DNA of 64,000 nucleotides from Candidatus Hermodarchaeum yapensis (GTDB taxonomy: Archaea > Asgardarchaeota > Hermodarchaeia > Hermodarchaeales > Hermodarchaeaceae): assembly GCA_016840405.1 (NCBI GenBank), contig JAEOSK010000005.1, positions 15,324 to 79,323 on the forward strand, written 5' to 3'. The translations under genes were made by a program, and so were the position numbers. The notes under the pieces are model-generated. The model was not told the DNA's origin and did not search any database. It saw only the letters and a list, made by a program, of their open reading frames with translations. Numbering within the stretch: position 1 is the stretch's first letter; each line of letters starts with the position of its first letter. Positions 56,601 to 64,000 of this stretch are shown here, piece by piece.

Positions 56601-58106
56601 TTAGTACTGCTTTCCGACATATGCGACGACAGTTCCTGGTTTATCACATAATGGGCATAATCCCCAGGGTTTTTCTTGTTCACCAAGCTTGGTTCCACGG
56701 ATGTCGGCACCAGTTGCGTCTTTGATTTTCTCCGCACAGGCTAGTCCTTCCATTTCGAGTGTGCAGAAGTTGATGCGTGCCACTTTTTGTGACTCCATGA
56801 TTTCGCATATCTCTTCAAAGGAATTAGCGTCTTGAATTGCTCCATCGAAATGTGCTTGGGCACGTTTGCGAAGTTCATCCGTTACGAACTTACCGGTTTC
56901 CTTCACTTTTTTGACTAGCTTCTTGTCTGGCACTGTTTCGCGGGTTCGAATATCTCGACGGAAAATGGTTACGGTGTTATCCTGGACTTCGCGATTGCCA
57001 ATTTCCAGTCGGAGCGGAACCCCACGCATTTCCCAGTGATAGTACTTATCACCCGGACGTCGTTCGGTATTATCAAAGTGTACACGTAATCCAGCTTTTC
57101 GCAGTTGAGCTTCAAGTTTTCGACATCGTTCGATGACGACTTCCTTTAATCCCTTCTTCGGGATGGGAATTATGACCACTTGTACAGGGGCTAAGACAAA
57201 GGGGAGAATTAAACCGTCATTATCCCCATGCATTATGATCATGGCTCCGTACATGCGGCTAATACCAGGGCCAAAACAGGTTTGATTAGCATACTGTTCT
57301 TGTTCGTTTTCATCGACATACTTGACATCATAGGCCCGTGCAAAGTTCTCCCCGAGCATATGTGTCGTCCCATTTTGGATGAATCGACCATTCGGAAGGA
57401 GCGATTCTGCTGCCACGGTGTATACGGCACCTGGAAACTTGTCCCATTGTGGTCGTTTTAACACAATAACCGGCATTGCAAGATCGCCTTCGACGAATGT
57501 TTTGGTTATTTCCAAATCCTCTAAGACTTGGGCTTCCGCTTCTTCCACTGTTGCAAATACATTATGAGCTTCTATCCAGTAGAACTCACGTCCGCGTAAG
57601 AAGGGTCGGGTCATTTTTGTATCATAGCGCCAGATAGCTACGCTTTGGTACCGTTTGAAGGGTAAGTCTCGCCAGCTCCGTATCCATAGGGAATACAAGG
57701 GATACATCGCTGATTCACTCGTTGGTCGAAGAGCTAACGGTTCTTCGAATATCGTATCTGCTCCTGCTCGAGTGCACCAGAATACTTCTGGGGAGAAGCC
57801 TTCAACATGTTGAGCTTCTTTGACAAGATTGGATTCGGGGACTAGGGCGGGAAAAATGAAGGGAAGATGACCGTACCGTTCGAGCTCTTCTTCTAAGAGC
57901 CGGTACATGATTTTCAAAGTCACGGTTGTCCATGAGCGGAACACCACCAGACCTTTCACACCATAGCGCTGGTCGGAGAGTTCCGCACTTTTGTTGATTT
58001 CAGTAAACCAAGTGGAGAAGTCCTTCACCTTGTCATAATGGAAGGTGACAACCTCATCCTGGTCTGCGGTTTCTTTCTTTGTTTGTTTCCTAGATTTTTG
58101 TGTCAT
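56601..58106 (-). CDS. proS: Prolyl-tRNA synthetase, archaeal/eukaryal type
   Basis: 501 aa class IIa core (FRSWTT, HVEGFSPEVFW, anticodon-binding domain) with a C-terminal Zn-binding domain ending ...VAYVGKQY. Confidence 0.9.
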   Translation of the reverse strand: MTQKSRKQTKKETADQDEVVTFHYDKVKDFSTWFTEINKSAELSDQRYGVKGLVVFRSWTTVTLKIMYRLLEEELERYGHLPFIFPALVPESNLVKEAQHVEGFSPEVFWCTRAGADTIFEEPLALRPTSESAMYPLYSLWIRSWRDLPFKRYQSVAIWRYDTKMTRPFLRGREFYWIEAHNVFATVEEAEAQVLEDLEITKTFVEGDLAMPVIVLKRPQWDKFPGAVYTVAAESLLPNGRFIQNGTTHMLGENFARAYDVKYVDENEQEQYANQTCFGPGISRMYGAMIIMHGDNDGLILPFVLAPVQVVIIPIPKKGLKEVVIERCRKLEAQLRKAGLRVHFDNTERRPGDKYYHWEMRGVPLRLEIGNREVQDNTVTIFRRDIRTRETVPDKKLVKKVKETGKFVTDELRKRAQAHFDGAIQDANSFEEICEIMESQKVARINFCTLEMEGLACAEKIKDATGADIRGTKLGEQEKPWGLCPLCDKPGTVVAYVGKQY

Positions 58107-58690
58107 GATTTCACCTGCCTTCGCGACTCACTACACACTTGATAATACAATAGAAAGAATTGAAGGCGTTGAGCATTGACATTCTCCACGATTGAGGTCG
58201 GGAGATTTGTGGACGTCATGCAGACCTCCAAAGGACATGTCATTGCCCTGTTACCGACTTCTACCTCAGGCTCTGCCTGTTTACTCGTCGCCAAGTAGGT
58301 GGACAGAACCTTCACTGGAGCAAGCCCTATCCTAATTATGTGCCATTGTGAGGTGGTGAGGAACGGGTCCTGTGCCCGTTGATTCACGAATGCCTTACTG
58401 TCGAAGCCCACGTCCGATTGGCTACGGACCATGTTCCACCCCGAGGGGGAAGCAAAACTTCGATGGCGAAACGCATTAGTATTTTCATGAGAGCTCATAA
58501 AAACACAACAATTCTTTTCCGTGAAAAAACTCAGAGGTTTACTTGCCGCTTCCATGGTAAAAATTGAGTGGGTGGTCTTCATTGGATGGGATGTAGGTGG
58601 GAAAGTGAACACCTGTCATCTGCTCAAACCTCTGTAGAATTGACTCTGTTGGAGTTATAAAAACCCTTCTCTTCACGCCGACTATTTTGG
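58107..58690. other. 584-bp non-coding gap upstream of proS; candidate structured RNA or long leader
   Basis: The only ORF (58103-58612, minus) has S/T/F-rich composition unlike all neighbours. Perfect hairpins at 58267-58279, 58362-58380, 58412-58429 and 58439-58449. Confidence 0.25.
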
Positions 58691-59899
58691 CTAGAAGAAG
58701 GAGGGTGCACGTTCAAACTCTTGTTTTGGTGGTTTCATCTTCATGGTTTTCGCTGGAGGTAGAATTTCTTCGATTGAATACTTCCGTGTACCCATCTTGA
58801 GTTTCTCGGCGTGCTTCGTCACTAAGTAGGGATTCTTATAGGGTCCCCAGAGTCTTTGGAACGGATGTAAATCGGCTTTGGGATTTAGATTGGTGTGTTT
58901 AAAATAGGATGGAATTTCGCTCTCGATTAAGCCTTTTTCTGCGATCATATCCAAGGTCGCTTGCTCAACGGCAACTATGTCACGGCTAGCAAGGATGCCA
59001 ATGTGCGGTACGACGGCTGGTTGAATGATCCCCAAGCAATCACAGTGGGGAGTGATGTCGATGGCAACGTTGATGAAGAAGCGTTTCTTTTCGTCAAAGG
59101 TTTCTAAGATTTTGTTAGCAGCAATGGCCATGAATTCTTGGAAGGCTTCAAACTGTTCAGGACGTAAATCAAGGCAACCCACATCTTTGTCCGCTTCAAG
59201 GCATTCGTTGCAGTTTCCAACGTGACAGGCGAAGCGCATGATGTTGAGTTTGTGTTTTTCCTTGTCATAGGAGAGGGCGTTGTAGGGGCAGGTTTCGACG
59301 AGTTTCTGGGCGTGTTCGGGTGAGCATTTCTTGTCATTCCACCAAGGATAGGTGTTCTCGACGCCGTGGATTTTATTCCACCGTGAAGGACCAGAGTAGC
59401 CACCTAATGCAATATTCTTGATAGCGCCTCCATAACCACAATTGGCATGTCCTTTGGAATGGGTCAGATCAATTAAGACATCTGCGTCATGGAGCACCCC
59501 GCCCATATCGATTTCTTTGACATTTTTGAAGTCCACTTTCACAGATTTTGTATACCCGTCTTTGACACCCGCGACTGGGATAAGGGGACAGCCACACGTT
59601 TCTTGGGTGTATCCACGGTCCACGGCATTATAGATGGAAGTGGGGTTATCTGTGACGAAGGGCCAACCACCAACCTCCTTTACAGCTTTAACGATGCGGC
59701 GGACGAAAAATACTGGGACGGTCTGATAACCATCGTGGAAGCCGAGGTGCATTTTGATGGCGACTTTGTCGTTTTTCTCGATGGTTGAAAAGTCGAGGTG
59801 TTCAAGGAGTTTTAGGAGTTTGGCTCCCAGCGATGCGAAGGCTGCATCGCGTCCGTGTTGGATTGAACCGAAATAGACTTTAGCAGTCAACAATTTCAC
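58691..59899 (-). CDS. DUF362 / COG2768-type Fe-S protein
   Basis: 402 aa. KVYFGS..., KVAIKMHLG...PVFFVRRIVKAVKEVGGWPFVTDN and HSKGH segments, plus cysteines in the ferredoxin-like insert. Confidence 0.65.
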   Translation of the reverse strand: MKLLTAKVYFGSIQHGRDAAFASLGAKLLKLLEHLDFSTIEKNDKVAIKMHLGFHDGYQTVPVFFVRRIVKAVKEVGGWPFVTDNPTSIYNAVDRGYTQETCGCPLIPVAGVKDGYTKSVKVDFKNVKEIDMGGVLHDADVLIDLTHSKGHANCGYGGAIKNIALGGYSGPSRWNKIHGVENTYPWWNDKKCSPEHAQKLVETCPYNALSYDKEKHKLNIMRFACHVGNCNECLEADKDVGCLDLRPEQFEAFQEFMAIAANKILETFDEKKRFFINVAIDITPHCDCLGIIQPAVVPHIGILASRDIVAVEQATLDMIAEKGLIESEIPSYFKHTNLNPKADLHPFQRLWGPYKNPYLVTKHAEKLKMGTRKYSIEEILPPAKTMKMKPPKQEFERAPSFF

Positions 59900-61168
59900 C
59901 TATCATGAAATCATTTTGATTTTCTTTAGAGATGAGAATATTATCTCATGTTGTGTAAAAAGCTTTTGCTTTAGTGAGTCTTGATCTGACGATAAGGAAA
60001 AAGAAGTGGGGGCCAACCACCGTACGGCTGTTTGTGCCCCCAATGAATGTTCATTTCTTATTCTAGCGTCATAATATTGACGCGTCATTAACCACCTGGT
60101 CTTCGTAACGCACCATCCCATGAGTGCTTGCGCCAAGCCTTGGGATTGTGGCATTCACGTAGTCCTGGTGATTCTTTTAGTCGTTCGCTTTCCGAAATTG
60201 GGACTTTACATTTGTTTAGTACATATCGTGACATCATTATCACCCCTTAGTTACTCTCTCTTGTTCATTGTGTGAATTCTCTTACCTTTAAAAAAAGGGA
60301 ACACTGATACTCAAGAGTTAACACTGTTAAGTTTTGCTGGTTTAAATCCCTTTCTCTTTTCCTAACCAGTCAGCTAACACTTCAATGATTGAGATAGATG
60401 CCAAAACCCACTCGGTGTGATTGGGACTGATGAGAGAGTCAAGATCGCGGTGAATAAAATCTTTTTCCGGGTGGTGGAAGATTTATCCGCCGAGTGGGTC
60501 TTAGCATCCAGGAAGAGTTAGAAACCAAGAGGTTGACCTTAGGCCAACGTGATCCTCCTATAAAATCTTTGAATTGAAATAAAAAGGAAAAGTGATACGG
60601 GTCTCCCGAGCGAGGATGCTGTCCTTGAGGCCGAAAATATTTGGAGCGTTCTCCAGCATACTGAGAGTATGAGGGTTTACGCAAAGGAGATATTGGAAGG
60701 AATGAAGGTCTGGATCGGAAGACCCGTGTTTGTGACATCAGCATTTGCTGGCCTCAGCATATTCATAATTACGTTTCTTAACGTCGGGTAAGCAGAAATG
60801 TGACGGCATAGCGTGACCGTGGAGGTGCCGTCGGGTTGCGGCATGCAGTAACGGCTCTTTCAACGGTGGGCTTGCTGTCCCACTTATTTCGAAGGCGTCC
60901 CAACAGTTTCTTTGTTGATACCATTATTTTTCACCACATTATGTCCCGATTATCTTACGGGCTGAGAACACTATCTATTACACTAATATAAATATATCGG
61001 TTTAGGAGAATTTGCATACCAAATATGAGAGAATAGACTGAAACTCTGCACCCATACTCCGAAATCCACCCTGTTCCATCGTTGAGAGGCTAGTTTGCCC
61101 TCTCCCATGAGAATATAAGAAGAAACTTTTGAGGAATACTTGACTACATTTGTAGGGAAGAACCACCA
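59900..61168. other. 1.27-kb gap without a credible ORF; candidate structured ncRNA(s)
   Basis: Only three short ORFs with non-protein-like composition. A 12-bp long-range helix (60406-60417 with 60488-60499), a nested hairpin at 60115-60146, and stems at 60008-60013/60036-60041, 60066-60071/60078-60083, 60802-60808/60826-60832 and 60866-60870/60879-60883. Confidence 0.25.
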
Positions 61169-62431
61169 ATGAAGCATTCAACCTGGCTCTGGGCATTCAC
61201 ACTCATAACTGTAATTCTATTCACTTATGCACTTCCTGTCAATGGAGCACCACCACCATCTCAGAACATTGCTTTGTCTCCCGATTATTGGCCAACCTAT
61301 GGCTGGCGAGCCTCAACCCCAGAAGAACAAGGCATGAGTTCAGCCAAACTCCTTGAAATGGAACAACAAATCGCATTACTACCCTGGGGAAGCCATGTCA
61401 AATCAGTGCTAATTATTCGGAATGGTTACATCGTGCACGAGTCATATTACGACCCTGCGTACGGTGTTAATCAAATTGTGAACATTTACTCTTGCACCAA
61501 AAGCGTTAGTTCAGCCTTAATAGGAATCGCAATTGAAGAGGGCCATATTGGTGGCGTGAATGAAACGATGGTTGATTTATTTGAAAACCGAACGATAGCC
61601 AACCTTGATTCACGGAAGCAAGCTGTCATCTTGCAGTACTTACTAACGATGCAGTCGGGAATTGACTGGGATGAATGGCCCTATGGCCCCACCAGCAGTT
61701 TTACGTACATGGTGGATAGTCCCGATTGGGTCCAGTATGTGCTTGACCGTCCGATGCGCGATGATCCCGGAACCGTTTGGGATTACAATTCAGGTGGATC
61801 CCACTTACTTTCTCAAATTCTCAATCAGACTGTCGGAAATTCGACACGGACCTTTGCTGAGGACCGCCTCTTTACTCCCCTCGGAATTACAAATTATCAA
61901 TGGGACGAAGATCCACAAGGCGTGGTATTTGGTGCAGCATGGCTTCACCTTCGACCCCGCGACATGGCAAAATTTGGATTTCTGTATCTGAATAATGGAA
62001 CTTGGGATGGAGATCAACTGATTCCCGCGACCTGGGTGAACGAATCCACTTCACTCTTTGGATATCCATATTCTGAATCAGAACCTTATGGATATGGTTA
62101 TCAATGGTGGCTTAACCTGGAAATTAATGGCTATTTGGCAATTGGTTATAATGGACAGCAAATTAACGTTGTTCCTGAGCACAATCTTGTGGTCGTGTTT
62201 ACTGCAAACTCTGAAGATGCAACCTTTGCTGCCATCATGAGGGACTATGTTGTTGCCAGTATTGAGTATGAGACTCCAACACCAGTTCCGTTTCCCTTCA
62301 CATTTGAACAAATCTTATTGATAGGTCAAGTTCTGATGGTCGTCGCATTTATCGCGCCCTTTATTGGACTAATAATCCATGAAATGTGGATTCGTAAAAA
62401 GAGAAGGCAGGAGAAAACTTCGACTACTTAA
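61169..62431 (+). CDS. Serine hydrolase of the beta-lactamase / PBP (class C-like) family, secreted and C-terminally anchored
   Basis: 420 aa with a signal peptide, the SxxK motif YSCTKS, and a C-terminal TM plus RKKRRQEK. Confidence 0.75.
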   Translation: MKHSTWLWAFTLITVILFTYALPVNGAPPPSQNIALSPDYWPTYGWRASTPEEQGMSSAKLLEMEQQIALLPWGSHVKSVLIIRNGYIVHESYYDPAYGVNQIVNIYSCTKSVSSALIGIAIEEGHIGGVNETMVDLFENRTIANLDSRKQAVILQYLLTMQSGIDWDEWPYGPTSSFTYMVDSPDWVQYVLDRPMRDDPGTVWDYNSGGSHLLSQILNQTVGNSTRTFAEDRLFTPLGITNYQWDEDPQGVVFGAAWLHLRPRDMAKFGFLYLNNGTWDGDQLIPATWVNESTSLFGYPYSESEPYGYGYQWWLNLEINGYLAIGYNGQQINVVPEHNLVVVFTANSEDATFAAIMRDYVVASIEYETPTPVPFPFTFEQILLIGQVLMVVAFIAPFIGLIIHEMWIRKKRRQEKTSTT

Positions 62432-63119
62432 AGCAGGAACGGAGTTTCTCATAGAATTTGGGATTGTTAAGGATAACAGAGAATGCAGCAAGATAGCCTA
62501 AGACTTTATCTTTGTAGTGCCAGTCAATGGAAGTGATTAGATCAACCATTTTTTCATCAGCACCTTCAAAAAGCGTTAGGAGCTGTTTGCTGTTTTCTTT
62601 CTCAAGTTGGTTCATAAATTTGGTAAAGCATGTGACATCAATTTTCCGGTCGCCATATACTTTACTGAGCATAGGTGCTATCTTCTTGGCGAGGTCTTTA
62701 CCTTCATCACAGTCCCAATAATCGGTTTCAGTTGCCAGAGTCATGAAGATTTCTGCGCTTCGGGAAAAGAGTGTTTCAGTAGCGGTTTTTCCAATTACCA
62801 CGCGTTGACCGGCAGGGACGACGGCTCCCGCCTTTTCTAACACTTTGAGGTAGCGATAAATGGTTTTATCCGATTTCGCTTCTACTTCTTCAGAATCTTT
62901 AGCCTCTCTGGCGTAAGCTTTTTCCAGTTCACGAACAGTCATGGGACCTTTCCGTAATGCCCTAATGATGGGCAAATGATTTGGGTCCCGCATAATATCA
63001 ATGATTTTTCGATCAGAAATTATTTTGATGCGTTCAGGTGTGTAGGTTATTACATCTTGAACATCCGTTTGAGTTTCAGTTTTGGGTTGTGCCAAGGTCA
63101 TTACCTCAATTATTCTCAT
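62424..63119 (-). CDS. Winged-helix (ArsR/PadR-like) transcriptional regulator with C-terminal helical domain
   Basis: 231 aa. LPIIRALRKGPMTVRELEKAY...TIYRYLKVLEKAGAVV. Confidence 0.55.
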   Translation of the reverse strand: MRIIEVMTLAQPKTETQTDVQDVITYTPERIKIISDRKIIDIMRDPNHLPIIRALRKGPMTVRELEKAYAREAKDSEEVEAKSDKTIYRYLKVLEKAGAVVPAGQRVVIGKTATETLFSRSAEIFMTLATETDYWDCDEGKDLAKKIAPMLSKVYGDRKIDVTCFTKFMNQLEKENSKQLLTLFEGADEKMVDLITSIDWHYKDKVLGYLAAFSVILNNPKFYEKLRSCFK

Positions 63120-63212
63120 ATGAAGATAGTATGTTTTTTTATTTTAATATTTTCTTCTCACTATTTGAGAATATCATTCTTTGAGGAATTTAAACTGTTA
63201 TTCCTTTTAAAT

Positions 63213-64000
63213 CTAGCCCTCAAACTGTAAAATGTCCTTTTCACTCAATCCATAGAGGTTTGCCACGATTTGATCGATTTCCCAGTCCAACCCTTTTTTC
63301 AAGTATTTCGGATTTTGGACGATATACGCGACCAGTTCGGCGAGTTCGTCTTCTTGATGTTTAGTTGGTGTGGGAAGAGGGATTTGTTCGAGGTACGTGG
63401 CATTGTACCGGATGTAACTGCTACGAAGGTGAGTGGCGAAGAAAAGGAGAGTGAAATAGGTATTAATGAGTCGTGAGTTAAGGAGCCCTAGGAGAAACAA
63501 AGGGTTGTATGGGGCACGTTTTTGCGTGATGTAATACACGCGACCCAAGGCATGCCCTTCCGAATCTAGTGAAGCACGAATTTGTTTAGCCATGCCTGCA
63601 ATGACCAGTTTGGGTTCCTTGAAGTCGTTCCATTGGTCAGTGGACACAAGTTTCGGATCATAGGTGACGTATTTTCGTTGGCGGAGATGGTATCGGCGAA
63701 CGTCACCAGCATTCAGGAAAGGGAGTGTTTTTCGTTTCTTAGTTTTCGATAATTTGCTATATGCGTCTTTAGAGAGGAGGTGTTTGGTGAAACCAGTTTT
63801 GGCGATACCACAGCGGATGGAACATGCTTGACCGAGAGGTATTGTGTTATGAAGCATCTTTCTTAGAATCACATATTTTTCTTCGGAAAGGAAAGGTGAC
63901 AGGATGGTCTTAGGGAGATTGGCGTAGTAGTGTTGGGGGAGGAGGGTTACGTCAGTTGAAGAAGTGCCTAGTTCCTGAGGTTGAGTGGGCGATGGAATAA
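63213..64000 (-). CDS. C-terminal TaqI-like specificity domain of an Eco57I/type IIG-like restriction-modification enzyme (N-terminal part outside the window)
   Basis: The track starts at a GTG at 63872, but my translation of 63873-64000 in the same frame (IPSPTQPQELGTSSTDVTLLPQHYYANLPKTILSPFLSEEKY) has no stop, so the ORF continues off the edge. GDVRRY, KLVIAGMAK, LLGLLNSRL and YLEQIPLP resemble the TaqI_C target-recognition domain. Confidence 0.55.
   Translation of the reverse strand, partial: IPSPTQPQELGTSSTDVTLLPQHYYANLPKTILSPFLSEEKYVILRKMLHNTIPLGQACSIRCGIAKTGFTKHLLSKDAYSKLSKTKKRKTLPFLNAGDVRRYHLRQRKYVTYDPKLVSTDQWNDFKEPKLVIAGMAKQIRASLDSEGHALGRVYYITQKRAPYNPLFLLGLLNSRLINTYFTLLFFATHLRSSYIRYNATYLEQIPLPTPTKHQEDELAELVAYIVQNPKYLKKGLDWEIDQIVANLYGLSEKDILQFEG

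Noticed and set aside
58303-58370. RNase P-like fragments on the plus strand: acagaac (58303-58309), ggagcaag (58317-58324) and gaggaacgggtcc (58358-58370)
   Set aside because: They occur in the reverse of the CR-I ... CR-IV/V order and within 70 nt of each other. No P4 pairing partner could be found on either strand, so this is most likely chance resemblance.
58430-58460. SRP helix-8-like (cccc-gag-gggg-aagca) and, on the minus strand, T-box-like (GGGUGGAAC) strings
   Set aside because: The conserved GG of the 5' symmetric loop of SRP helix 8 is absent. The T-box-like string lies about 330 nt from the proS start without an adjacent terminator/antiterminator arrangement, and T-boxes are not known in archaea.
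58103-58612. 169-aa ORF upstream of proS with an ATGA overlap to the proS start
   Set aside because: Its composition (S/T/F-rich, poor in E/K/I/L) is unlike every credible protein in the window, and I recognised no motif. I kept the region as a non-coding candidate, but the overlap means a real gene cannot be fully excluded.
60427-60434. CUGAUGAG hammerhead / C-box-like core
   Set aside because: No matching GAAA/stem II-III arrangement and no downstream CUGA D-box at sRNA distance. A 7-8-mer is expected several times by chance in 64 kb.
1-64000. CRISPR arrays, insertion sequences, integrases, prophage genes, rRNA/tRNA genes
   Set aside because: I saw no regularly spaced direct repeats of 25-40 bp, no transposase- or integrase-like ORFs, and no rRNA- or tRNA-like sequence while reading the window. 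Absence is by eye only and should be confirmed with tRNAscan-SE, Infernal and CRISPR finders.

Overview
Dense, almost entirely protein-coding archaeal chromosomal window with about 65 genes. I recognised no rRNA, tRNA, CRISPR array, transposase or integrase. All calls rest on reading the translations and the DNA by eye; no database search was possible.

Lineage. Archaeal hallmarks are sn-glycerol-1-phosphate dehydrogenase (43119-44183), an archaeal/eukaryal-type ProRS (56601-58106), a tungsten-type aldehyde:ferredoxin oxidoreductase, and thiolase+DUF35 gene pairs. Three eukaryotic-signature-like genes sit within about 20 kb:
- a two-domain gelsolin (30728-31333)
- a longin/AP-sigma-like domain fused to a polytopic membrane domain (44265-45356)
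- a Sec23/Sec24-like Zn-finger/vWA-trunk/beta-barrel protein (49380-51038)
Together these suggest an Asgard archaeon, Thorarchaeota-like. This is inference.

Layout.
- 1-24.5 kb is an acyl-/aryl-CoA metabolism island. It holds a BzdNOPQ-type four-subunit ATP-dependent benzoyl-CoA-reductase-like operon plus ferredoxins, and an AOR + MoaD-like + polyferredoxin + FAD subunit module. It also holds three crotonases (one fused to a zinc ribbon), Hbd, an Acs-like ligase, two thiolase/DUF35 pairs and an F420-type LLM oxidoreductase.
- 24.7-27.9 kb holds three helical/coiled-coil genes (two with C-terminal winged helices) and an orphan SPPY DNA methyltransferase.
- 30.3-30.7 kb is a very AT-rich spacer with three TTTATATTAT boxes phased at exactly 18 bp.
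- 31.5-32.9 kb is a membrane-anchored (alpha/alpha)6-like gene split by a frameshift at a G6 run.
- kbl and tdh are separated by a tandem pair of small paralogues that share a 42-nt near-identical block.
- 45.4-49.0 kb encodes a 1199-aa W/N/D-rich surface protein.
- Two unusually long non-coding gaps (58107-58690 and 59900-61168) flank a DUF362 gene. They contain several perfect helices and are candidates for structured RNA.
- The right edge carries the C-terminal TaqI-like specificity domain of a truncated type IIG-like R-M gene.
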